DNA of 64,000 nt, from NCBI GenBank assembly GCA_011049425.1, contig DSBM01000119.1, forward strand, positions 24,622 to 88,621, written 5' to 3'. This stretch comes from Candidatus Aminicenantes bacterium. GTDB lineage: Bacteria; Acidobacteriota; Aminicenantia; UBA2199. The notes under the pieces were generated by a model. It had not been told where the DNA came from, made no database searches, and worked only from the letters and a program-made list of their open reading frames with translations. The translations under genes were made by a program, and so were the position numbers. Below are positions 28,655 through 36,735 of the stretch, piece by piece. The number at the start of each line of letters is the position of its first letter. Positions within the stretch are counted from its first letter, which is position 1.

Positions 28655-29406
28655 ACGACGCCATCGTTGATTTCCTATGCCTGAGCGCATCGGACCAGAT
28701 TCAGTTTCTCAAGGAAGGGGAATTTACCCGGTGGCCACCCCCGGAACGCATCCGTTTCCTCAAGCAGCTGTTGCAGTCGGAGACCTCTTCAAAGACCATG
28801 GCTTCCGCGTTAAAGATCCTGCGTGAACTCAAGTACCGCGACCGCTTTTTCTTTCGCCGCTTCCTGTATCACCAGGACAGCTCCGTGGCCAATGCCGCGC
28901 GCAAAGCCATGGAAACCAGTACCGTCAGCCATGACAGCGGAGAGATCCGCCTGGCCGACATGGTGAAACGGGAGAATCCCGCCGATCGCCCGGCCGTAGT
29001 GCGCAACCTGCTCAAGGATTGCGACACCATGAGTGAGTCGCTGTTGTTGTCTTTGCTGCAGATCGAGGATTTCCGTGTGCGCGAAGAAGTCGTGGCCAAT
29101 CTCAGCCCCGATATCAACCTGGATGAAGCCGTGCTGGCCGACGCGGTCAACGGCGCTGTATGGTACGTACGCAGTTCCGTGGTGCAGATTCTCGGCCGCC
29201 GTCACAGTGGCGTACTTCCCGACCTGGCCCGGCGCCTGGTGGGCGATGCCAACGTGGATGTACGCTTGAGCCTGGCGGAAGCCCTGGGTTTGCTGCAAAA
29301 TGAGGAAACCCGGCCTTTGCTGGAAACGCTGAGCAAGGACGCCAACCAATGGGTGCGCCGCCGCGCCCTCAAAGCCCTGGCGGAAGTGAAAGAAGGTGAC
29401 GGGTGA
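28651..29406 (+). CDS. HEAT (PBS-lyase type) repeat protein
   Basis: Repeated ...VR..A...L helix pairs (VRSSVVQILG, VDVRLSLAEALG, QWVRRRALKALA). The ATG overlaps the ribBA stop (ATGA). Confidence 0.62.
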   Translation: MNDAIVDFLCLSASDQIQFLKEGEFTRWPPPERIRFLKQLLQSETSSKTMASALKILRELKYRDRFFFRRFLYHQDSSVANAARKAMETSTVSHDSGEIRLADMVKRENPADRPAVVRNLLKDCDTMSESLLLSLLQIEDFRVREEVVANLSPDINLDEAVLADAVNGAVWYVRSSVVQILGRRHSGVLPDLARRLVGDANVDVRLSLAEALGLLQNEETRPLLETLSKDANQWVRRRALKALAEVKEGDG

Positions 29407-29443
29407 GTGGCTAGAGGCTATTGGCAAGGGGCGAGACATGGCT

Positions 29444-29473
29444 TTTTTCTACTTTCTACGTTCTACCTTCTAC
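29444..29473. repeat. tandem heptamer stutter (TTCTAC units x4) between convergent genes
   Basis: TTTTTTCTAC TTTCTAC GTTCTAC CTTCTAC. The same motif class (GTAGAA on the other strand) occurs inside the element at 36587-36735. Confidence 0.55.
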
Positions 29474-29502
29474 AGTATCCGCTTCAGGGCGCGTGGCGGC
29501 GG

Positions 29503-30789
29503 CTATTCAACACTGATAAGGATATAGTGCTTTTTTCCCTGTTGCACCAGGATAAAGCGGTTGTGCAGGAGATCCCCGGCGGACACGATGCGGGAGGGAT
29601 CCGCGACCCGCTCTCTGTTGAGGCTCAGGCCCCCGTTCCCCACCAGACGGCGGACCTCGCCCTTGGAGGCGAAAACGTCCGTGTGCACGGCCAGCATGTC
29701 CACCACGTCCACACCCTTCTCTAATTGCGTGCGCGGCAGGACGGCGCGGGGCACACCTTCCAGGGCGTCCAGCAGGTCCGCTTCCGACAGGGAGCGCAGG
29801 GTTTGCGTGGAGCCCCGGCCGAACAGGATTTCCGAGGCGGCGCGGGCCGATTCCCAGGCCTCATGGGAGTGGACCATCTCCGTTGCTTCCCGGCCCAGCC
29901 GTTGCTGCAGCAAACGACGGTGGGGCGCCTCCATGTGGGATGCCGTCAATTCGGCGATCTCGTCCATATCCAGGTGGGTAAAGATGCGCATGTAGCGGGC
30001 GGCGTCTATGTCCGAGACGTTGAGCCAGAACTGGTAAAACTGGTAGGGTGAAGTGCGGCGGGGATCCAGCCATACGTTGCCGGATTCGGTCTTTCCGAAT
30101 TTGCGTCCATCCGCGCGGGTGATCAGCGGGCAGGTCAGGGCAAAGGCTTCACCACCGGCTTTGCGCCGGATGAGTTCCGTGCCCGCGGTGATGTTGCCCC
30201 ACTGGTCGGATCCCCCCATTTGCAGCCGGCAGTCATGGTGGGTGTAGAGGTGAAAAAAGTCCCAGGCCTGGAGCAACTGGTACGAGAACTCCGTAAAAGA
30301 AAGTCCGCTCTCCAGCCGGTTTTTCACCGACTCCTTGGCCATCATGTAGTTGACGGTCAGGTGTTTGCCGGCCATGCGCAGGAAATCAAGCAGGTTGAAT
30401 GCCCCCAGCCAGTCGTGGTTGTTGAGGATCATGGCGGCATTGCCGCCGGGTGGATCCGGGTCCAGAAATCTTTCCAGTTGGCGGGCGACCGCGTCCTGGT
30501 TGGCCAGCAGTTCTTCCGGGTCCAGCAGGTTGCGTTCACATGATTTTCCCGAGGGGTCGCCCACCATGCCCGTTGCTCCCCCGATAAGGGCGATGGGACG
30601 ATGTCCCGCGGCCTGGAGGTGGCGCAGCAGCATGATGGAAACCAGGTGGCCGATATGCAGGGAATCCGCGGTGGGATCGAAACCCACGTAGGCCGTGACC
30701 ATGCCTGCGGACAGGAGTTCCCGGGTGCCCGGCATGATGTCGTGGATCATGCCGCGCTGTTTCAGGGAATCAACCAGGTTCTGCGCCAT
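29503..30789 (-). CDS. tyrS: tyrosine--tRNA ligase
   Basis: YVGFDPTADSLHIGHL (HIGH), KFGKTESG (KMSKS-type), C-terminal S4-like domain. ATG at 30789 preferred over the TTG at 30804. Confidence 0.95.
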   Translation of the reverse strand: MAQNLVDSLKQRGMIHDIMPGTRELLSAGMVTAYVGFDPTADSLHIGHLVSIMLLRHLQAAGHRPIALIGGATGMVGDPSGKSCERNLLDPEELLANQDAVARQLERFLDPDPPGGNAAMILNNHDWLGAFNLLDFLRMAGKHLTVNYMMAKESVKNRLESGLSFTEFSYQLLQAWDFFHLYTHHDCRLQMGGSDQWGNITAGTELIRRKAGGEAFALTCPLITRADGRKFGKTESGNVWLDPRRTSPYQFYQFWLNVSDIDAARYMRIFTHLDMDEIAELTASHMEAPHRRLLQQRLGREATEMVHSHEAWESARAASEILFGRGSTQTLRSLSEADLLDALEGVPRAVLPRTQLEKGVDVVDMLAVHTDVFASKGEVRRLVGNGGLSLNRERVADPSRIVSAGDLLHNRFILVQQGKKHYILISVE

Positions 30790-30800
30790 GATGGCCCTGA

Positions 30801-31346
30801 TCAAACCAGGCCGCGGCCCAGTTCAATGGCCTCCATGTTGAGTTCCAGGAAATCCGCCGGCGCCCATTGGCGGATAAAATCCACCATGTTGCGGTACTGG
30901 ATCACGCCGGTCAGCTTCTGGGTGAGTGACAGGGTGACCACGGAAGTCAGGATCACGTTGCCCAGTTGCTTCTTGGTTTCGTTGATGATGGGAATGGAGT
31001 AGAGCTTCCATGAACGGGTATCCCCCAGGTCCGTGACCAGGTGGGAGTCCACCACCACGATGGCGTCGTCGCGCAAGCGCGATTTGTACAGGTCAAAAGG
31101 AACCTGGTAGGTACACACAAAGAAATCGATGGCCGTGGCCTGGGGGAAGAGGATGGGTTTGTTCGACAAAATGACGTCGACCTTGGTGGGGCCGCCCCGA
31201 ACCGTGGCGGTATAGGTCGGGCTTTCCAGGGCGAAGCCGTTCTCTTTGTGTACCACGATATCCACCAGCAGGGCCCCGGCGGTGATGATGCCCTGGCCGC
31301 CGACGGCTCCGTAGCGGATCTCAAAGCGTTTATCCAGGTTGCTCAT
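30801..31346 (-). CDS. 2-oxoacid:ferredoxin oxidoreductase, gamma subunit
   Basis: FEIRYGAVGGQGIITAGALL. 4-nt overlap with the beta subunit. Confidence 0.85.
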   Translation of the reverse strand: MSNLDKRFEIRYGAVGGQGIITAGALLVDIVVHKENGFALESPTYTATVRGGPTKVDVILSNKPILFPQATAIDFFVCTYQVPFDLYKSRLRDDAIVVVDSHLVTDLGDTRSWKLYSIPIINETKKQLGNVILTSVVTLSLTQKLTGVIQYRNMVDFIRQWAPADFLELNMEAIELGRGLV

Positions 31347-32221
31347 GATTTCACCTTCTTGGAGGCGCTGTTTCGTTCCGCCTGCTTGAGGGCGGCGGCT
31401 TCGGCAGCGGCCTGGGCCGCGGGAATGATGTGCTGGTAGTAGAGGTCGGAGTATTCCAATCGCTCCGTGTCTTCAAACAGGATCCCCGTGGGATACTTGT
31501 GCAGGCGTTCTTCCGGAGTCATCTTTTCGTATTGGGCCTTGCTGACGGTGCGGCCCTCGATCCACTTTGTCATGGCGATGGGGTCTTTCATGCGGTTGCG
31601 CCTTCCCAGGTTGATGTGGCAATTGCTGATTACTTCCACCACGGAGAAGCCTTTATGTTGAAAAGACTTCTTGACCACATCCTTTAACTGCACCGGGCGG
31701 TTGACCGTTTCGCGGGCCACAAAAGAGGCTTTGGCCGCGATCAGGAGTTCGGCGATATCGAACTTGGGCTCGATATTGCCGTAAGGAGTGGTCTCGGTAA
31801 TGAATTTCTGGGGCGTCAGGGGCGATACCTGCCCGCCCGTCATGCCGTATACGCCGTTGTTGATCAATATCAGGTTGATGCCGATGTTGCGGCGGGCGGC
31901 ATGGATGAGGTGGTTCCCGCCGATTGCGGTGGCGTCTCCGTCTCCGGAAATCACCACCACCATTTTGTCCGGCCGGGCCAGCTTGATGCCGGTGGCAAAG
32001 GTCAGGGCGCGGCCGTGGGTGGTATGCAGGGTGTTGGTGTTAAAGAAGGTGGGCATGCGTCCCGAACAGCCGATTCCCGACACCACCACGATGTGGTTGG
32101 GGTCCAGTTCCAACTCGGAAAAAGCCATGGCGATGCTTTTGAGTACCACACCGTCACCGCATCCCGGGCACCAGGGAGTGGGGAAGGTGCGGTAGCGGAT
32201 GTATCGTTCGTAATGTCTCAT
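31343..32221 (-). CDS. 2-oxoacid:ferredoxin oxidoreductase, beta (TPP-binding) subunit
   Basis: WCPGCGDG, GIGCSGR, VVISGDGDATAIGGNH...INNGVYGMTGGQ. ATG at 32221, 1 nt after the alpha stop. Confidence 0.9.
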   Translation of the reverse strand: MRHYERYIRYRTFPTPWCPGCGDGVVLKSIAMAFSELELDPNHIVVVSGIGCSGRMPTFFNTNTLHTTHGRALTFATGIKLARPDKMVVVISGDGDATAIGGNHLIHAARRNIGINLILINNGVYGMTGGQVSPLTPQKFITETTPYGNIEPKFDIAELLIAAKASFVARETVNRPVQLKDVVKKSFQHKGFSVVEVISNCHINLGRRNRMKDPIAMTKWIEGRTVSKAQYEKMTPEERLHKYPTGILFEDTERLEYSDLYYQHIIPAAQAAAEAAALKQAERNSASKKVKS

Positions 32222-32222
32222 G

Positions 32223-33347
32223 CTAAAACTCCTTGATCTGGTCCAGGACTTCCCCCGGAGTAAAGGGAATGCCGTTTGCCCGCAAAAGGGCGCGTTTTTC
32301 CACGTCGTCTGCGGCCACCCGCTCCATCTCGTAGCGGACCTGGCCCATGTTGAGCTCAACGGTCAACACCTTTTTGATGCGGGAAAAACGCCGGCGCAGG
32401 ATCTGTTTGGGGAACGGCCACAGGGTCAGAGGCTGAAAAAGACCGGCACGGATACCCAGTTCTCGCGCCATCTCAACAGCGGGAAGGGCGGCACGCGCGG
32501 AAACCCCGAAGGCGAATACCAGGATTTCCGCGTCATCCATGTAGTATTCGTTGTACTTGATGATGTCGTCCAGGTAATGGTAGATCTTCTGCATGCGCAG
32601 GGTCTGTTGTTTCTGCACGGTTCCGGGTTCGGATGTGGGCCAGCCGTGCTTGTCGTGTTCCAGGCCGTCTATGTGGATGGGATAACCCTTGAAGAAATCC
32701 ACCCGGTGGGGGTTCTGGCCGATCTCACGGTCGTAGATATCGAGGTCCTTGATCTTGTGGACCTTTTCTTTGTAAATACTCAGGTCTTTTTTATAGGGAA
32801 GCTCGATGTCTTCGTGCGCCTTGGCCAGTACTTCATCGTACAGCAGGATGACGGGGTTCCAGAAGCGTTCAGAAAGGTTGAACGCGCGCACGGTTTCCGC
32901 GTACAGCTCTGACGCGAATGCCGGGGTGAGCACGATAATGGGATGATCCCCGTGCGTGCCCCAGCGGGTTTGCATGACGTCGGATTGCGAGGGTTTGGTG
33001 GGCAGGCCCGTGGATGGCCCGCCGCGCATGACATTGACGATGACCAGGGGGATTTCGGCCATCACGCCCATGCCCAGGTGTTCCTGCATCAGGGAGAACC
33101 CCGGTCCGCTGGTGGCGGTTAAAACCTTGCGCCCCGCCAGGGACGCGCCGATGCAGGCTCCCAGGGAGGCGATTTCATCCTCCATCTGGATGAAATCCCG
33201 ACCCAGCTTGGGCATTTCCCGGGACATGTACTGGGCGATCTCGGATGAAGGCGTGATGGGATAACCGGCAAAAAAGTTACAGCCGGCATCAATGGCCGCC
33301 CTGGCCACGATGATATTGCCTTGCAGGACTTTACGACGTTTTCCCAT
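32223..33347 (-). CDS. 2-oxoacid:ferredoxin oxidoreductase, alpha subunit
   Basis: LQGNIIVARAAIDAGCNFFAGYPITPSSEI, VMRGGPSTGLPTKPSQSD. Confidence 0.9.
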   Translation of the reverse strand: MGKRRKVLQGNIIVARAAIDAGCNFFAGYPITPSSEIAQYMSREMPKLGRDFIQMEDEIASLGACIGASLAGRKVLTATSGPGFSLMQEHLGMGVMAEIPLVIVNVMRGGPSTGLPTKPSQSDVMQTRWGTHGDHPIIVLTPAFASELYAETVRAFNLSERFWNPVILLYDEVLAKAHEDIELPYKKDLSIYKEKVHKIKDLDIYDREIGQNPHRVDFFKGYPIHIDGLEHDKHGWPTSEPGTVQKQQTLRMQKIYHYLDDIIKYNEYYMDDAEILVFAFGVSARAALPAVEMARELGIRAGLFQPLTLWPFPKQILRRRFSRIKKVLTVELNMGQVRYEMERVAADDVEKRALLRANGIPFTPGEVLDQIKEF

Positions 33348-33645
33348 TGCTTTGGCCTCTTGTTAATTTCTCGTAGTTTACGAAAATGGCGAAATCCGGG
33401 CAGCGGCGCTCGCACATGCGGCAGCCGATGCAGCGTTCCGGGGCGGCGACCTTGACGGAAACGCCGAACTTGCTCACCATATTGTCTTCAAGTTCCAGGG
33501 TGCCGGTGGGGCAGATGTCCACGCACAATCCGCAGCCCTTGCAGTATACCGAAACCACGGTAAGTTCGTTCTGCTTGGGCGCGGGTTTGCGTTTTTCCCT
33601 GCGTTCCCGGGCGGCCTGGTTCAGTTCTTTCTCAAACTTCTCCAT
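33331..33645 (-). CDS. 2-oxoacid:ferredoxin oxidoreductase, delta subunit (2x[4Fe-4S] ferredoxin)
   Basis: CKGCGLCVDICP and CIGCRMCERRCP. GAGGTG RBS. Confidence 0.85.
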   Translation of the reverse strand: MEKFEKELNQAARERREKRKPAPKQNELTVVSVYCKGCGLCVDICPTGTLELEDNMVSKFGVSVKVAAPERCIGCRMCERRCPDFAIFVNYEKLTRGQSNGKTS

Positions 33646-33978
33646 GGAAACACCTCACGGTTTGGGGGAATTAGAGAGGAGGAATGGACGTGCATATGAC
33701 TGAAAGCGGCCCTCAGTCCCGGAAACGGCGAATGGTTGGGAAATGGTGCATGCTCTCAACAGGGAATTGCGAAAAAAGACAGGTGTGAGACGGTACGGCT
33801 TCCGTCTCCGTGGTGGGGCTCTCCTTGGCGATCATGGCTCCTCCAAGTCCGGGATTGTAACACAATCACGGGGTGAAAAAAACGCATTCACGGGACTTTT
33901 TTCATTTTTGACCGGCAGCTGGATTCCCCGGTTGACTTGGCCGGGGGGTTTGCCTACCATATACATAGAGAGGCGGAC

Positions 33979-35472
33979 ATGAAAGTCGGATTGCGGATGT
34001 TTGTGGCGTTGCTGCTGGCGTTTCTGTGCCCGCGGCCGTCCGTTTGCGCCGATGTGCGGGGATATTTGACAACGGGATCATGGTATCCCGAGGATCCGCA
34101 GAAACTCAACCAACTGCTCGACCGTTGCTTGCGGGGGGTGCGTCCCCGGCTTGATCCCGCCACTGTGCAAGGGCTGGTGGTGCCCCATGCCGGCCTGGTG
34201 CACAGCGGAGCCGTTGCCGCTCAAGGCTATATGCATTTGCAGGGCCGAACCGGGATTCGCCGGGTCATTCTCCTGGGTGTTTCCCATTCAGGGAGATTTT
34301 CCGGGGCCTGCGTGTCTTCTTTTGCATTCAATTCAACGCCCCTGGGAAAGATTCCCGTAGACCGGGAAGTGGTGAACCGCCTGGAGAAAGAACCGAAATT
34401 CAGGGTAAACAACCGCGTCATGCAGCAGGAACACTCATTGGAAAACCAATTGCCTTTCCTGCAACGGGTTCTGGCGGAAGCGGACTTCAAAGTGGTTCCC
34501 ATTCTGTTCGGCCGGGCGACTCCGGCTGAAACGGAAGCCATGGCCGCTGCCATCGCTCCTTACGTGGACGAACACACCGTGGTGGTCGCGTCCAGTGATT
34601 TGACCCATTACGGCAGTCGTTTCGGTTACTCTCCATTCAAAAAGGATGTGGCCGGGCAACTCCACCGCCTGGACCGGGGGCTGCTTGAAAAAGTGGTTGC
34701 CCTGGATCACCGCGAATACTGGGGTTACCTGGAACGCACGGGCATGACCATGTGCGGCGTGGTCCCCGTGGCTGTCTGGATGCACCTGTTTGACAAACGC
34801 AGTCATGAGCTGAAAACAGTGGCTTATGCCACTTCCGGAGATGCCAACAAAGACTACACCCTCAGCGTCGGTTATGGAACCGTGGCGGCCGTACGCAAAA
34901 AGAGTCCTGAAGCTCAACTCAGCGCCAAAGAGGGCGCCGGATTGCTCACCATTGCGCGACGCACGCTCGAATCGGCCCTGAACGGAAGGGAAAACAGCAC
35001 CATTCTGCAGGGAGTGGAATTGACGCCGGCCATGAAGCGCAAAACCGGCGTGTTCGTGACGTTGCGCAAGGGTCATGCATTGCGGGGGTGCATCGGTTCC
35101 ATTGTGGGAACCCGGCCGTTGTTTGACGGCGTTATGGCGAATGCCCGCAACGCCGCGTTTGCGGATCCCCGATTCCCGAACCTGAAAGCATCTGAACTGG
35201 ATAGTGTAAACATCGAGGTGTCGGTCATGACCCCCCTGCAGCCGATCCGGGATTATCGTGCCATTCGCCTGGGTACGGATGGCGTGATCATCCGCAAAAA
35301 CCGAGCCTCGGCGGTTTACCTGCCCCAGGTGGCCACGGAAACGGGCTGGGACTTGGATACGTTTCTCTCCAGCCTTTGCCGCAAGGCCGGTCTTTCTTCC
35401 CGGGCATACCGCTCCACCGAGATGGAATTCCTCGTCTTCCAGGCACAGGTTTTTGCAGAGGAGGAGAAATGA
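33979..35472 (+). CDS. AmmeMemoRadiSam system fusion protein: Memo-like (protein B) plus AMMECR1 (protein A), with an N-terminal signal-like segment
   Basis: MKVGLRMFVALLLAFLCPRPSVCA. Memo motifs WYPEDPQKL, VVPHAGLVHSG, ASSDLTHYG. AMMECR1 motif GVFVTLRKGHALRGCIGS. Confidence 0.85.
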   Translation: MKVGLRMFVALLLAFLCPRPSVCADVRGYLTTGSWYPEDPQKLNQLLDRCLRGVRPRLDPATVQGLVVPHAGLVHSGAVAAQGYMHLQGRTGIRRVILLGVSHSGRFSGACVSSFAFNSTPLGKIPVDREVVNRLEKEPKFRVNNRVMQQEHSLENQLPFLQRVLAEADFKVVPILFGRATPAETEAMAAAIAPYVDEHTVVVASSDLTHYGSRFGYSPFKKDVAGQLHRLDRGLLEKVVALDHREYWGYLERTGMTMCGVVPVAVWMHLFDKRSHELKTVAYATSGDANKDYTLSVGYGTVAAVRKKSPEAQLSAKEGAGLLTIARRTLESALNGRENSTILQGVELTPAMKRKTGVFVTLRKGHALRGCIGSIVGTRPLFDGVMANARNAAFADPRFPNLKASELDSVNIEVSVMTPLQPIRDYRAIRLGTDGVIIRKNRASAVYLPQVATETGWDLDTFLSSLCRKAGLSSRAYRSTEMEFLVFQAQVFAEEEK

Positions 35473-36575
35473 GTCCGGATCGGCGCGAATTCATGCGCTT
35501 CAGCCTGGCGGCCGGAGCCGGACTGGTTCTGGGTGCGGGCAAACTGGATGCGGTACCGGTGCCGCCGCTCGGGGTGCGTCGCGCCATGTTTTTCGAGAGT
35601 CTTTCCCGCGACCGAGTGGTATGTAACCTGTGTCCCAATGAATGTGTGCTGGGCAAAGGGGAACGGGGTGTGTGCCGGGTTCGGGAAAACCGCGACGGTC
35701 GCCTTGTGACACTGGTTTATGGTACTCCCTGTTCCGCCAACATTGATCCCATCGAAAAGAAACCCCTGTTTCACTTCCATCCCGGAAGCAACGCTTTTTC
35801 CATCGCCACCGCGGGCTGCAACATGTCCTGCCGCTTCTGCCAGAACTGGGAGATTTCACAACAGGGGCCGGAAAAGGTCCGCTCAATCAAACTGCCCCCG
35901 GCTGCCGTGGTGAAGCTGGCCCAAGAGCGCGGTTGCACCAGCGTGGCGCACACGTACGGTGAACCGGTGGTGTTTTACGAGTACATGCTCGACTGCGCCC
36001 GGGAGGGCCGTCGCGCCGGGATTCCCAACGTGATGATTTCCAACGGCTATATCCGGGAAGCGCCCATGCGCGAGTTGTGCCGCAGCCTGGGCGCGGTCAA
36101 GATCGATCTCAAGGCTTTCACCGATAAGTTTTACCACGAGATCTGCGGCGCCACCCTGGCGCCGGTGTTGCATACCTTGGAAGTGATAAAAGATGAGGGG
36201 GTCTGGCTGGAGATCGTGGTACTCCTGATTCCCGGTCTCAACGACTCGGTAACGGATATCCGCGAGATGACGCGCTGGATCGTAGACAAGCTGGGGCCCC
36301 GGGTACCCCTGCATTTTTCCCGGTTTTTTCCCACCTATCGCATGCGCAACATCCCGCCCACGCCTCCGGCCATCCTGGAGCGGGCGCGCCGCACCGCTCG
36401 GGAAGTCGGCCTGGAATACGTGTACGTGGGCAACCTGATGTCAAAAGCCCGCCATACCCGTTGCCCGGAATGTAATACAGAGCTGATCCACCGCGAGGGC
36501 TTCTCGGCGCGCGTGACCGGACTGAAGGGCAATCGTTGCGGCAACTGCGGCCACGAGATCCCCGGGATCTTTTAG
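35469..36575 (+). CDS. AmmeMemoRadiSam system radical SAM enzyme with a twin-arginine-type N-terminus
   Basis: The ATG overlaps the upstream TGA. SPDRREFMRFSLAAGAGLVLGAG. CNMSCRFCQN (CX3CX2C at 35817-35840). C-terminal CPECNTEL...CGNCGH. Confidence 0.85.
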   Translation: MSPDRREFMRFSLAAGAGLVLGAGKLDAVPVPPLGVRRAMFFESLSRDRVVCNLCPNECVLGKGERGVCRVRENRDGRLVTLVYGTPCSANIDPIEKKPLFHFHPGSNAFSIATAGCNMSCRFCQNWEISQQGPEKVRSIKLPPAAVVKLAQERGCTSVAHTYGEPVVFYEYMLDCAREGRRAGIPNVMISNGYIREAPMRELCRSLGAVKIDLKAFTDKFYHEICGATLAPVLHTLEVIKDEGVWLEIVVLLIPGLNDSVTDIREMTRWIVDKLGPRVPLHFSRFFPTYRMRNIPPTPPAILERARRTAREVGLEYVYVGNLMSKARHTRCPECNTELIHREGFSARVTGLKGNRCGNCGHEIPGIF

Positions 36576-36586
36576 CCACTGGCTTT

Positions 36587-36735
36587 GTTAAAGTTGAAAA
36601 GTTGAAAAGTTGAAGAGGGAAGAAGTAGAAAGAGTTGAGGGCGGAACAGAAGTAGGGGCGAAAAATTTTTCGCCCGTGTCACCTGCCTCCTGCCACCTTC
36701 TTTCAACTTTCCACTTTTCACTTTCAACTTTTCAC
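36587..36735. repeat. ~150-bp palindromic intergenic element, copy D (probable bidirectional terminator)
   Basis: Left arm GTTAAAGTTGAAAAGTTGAAAAGTTGAAGAG. Right arm TTTCAACTTTCCACTTTTCACTTTCAACTTTTCAC. Central perfect palindrome GGGCGAAAAATTTTTCGCCC (36656-36675). Lies between convergent genes. Confidence 0.7.

Noticed and set aside
33713-33835. 40-codon minus-strand ORF (MIAKESPTTETEAVPSH...) with a GGAGGAG site, plus the 79-aa plus-strand ORF 33743-33982, both in the OFOR / AmmeMemoRadiSam divergent region.
   Set aside because: There are no family features and the RBS spacing is very short (3 nt). The region is more simply explained as two 5' UTRs or promoters. A leader peptide cannot be excluded without comparative data.
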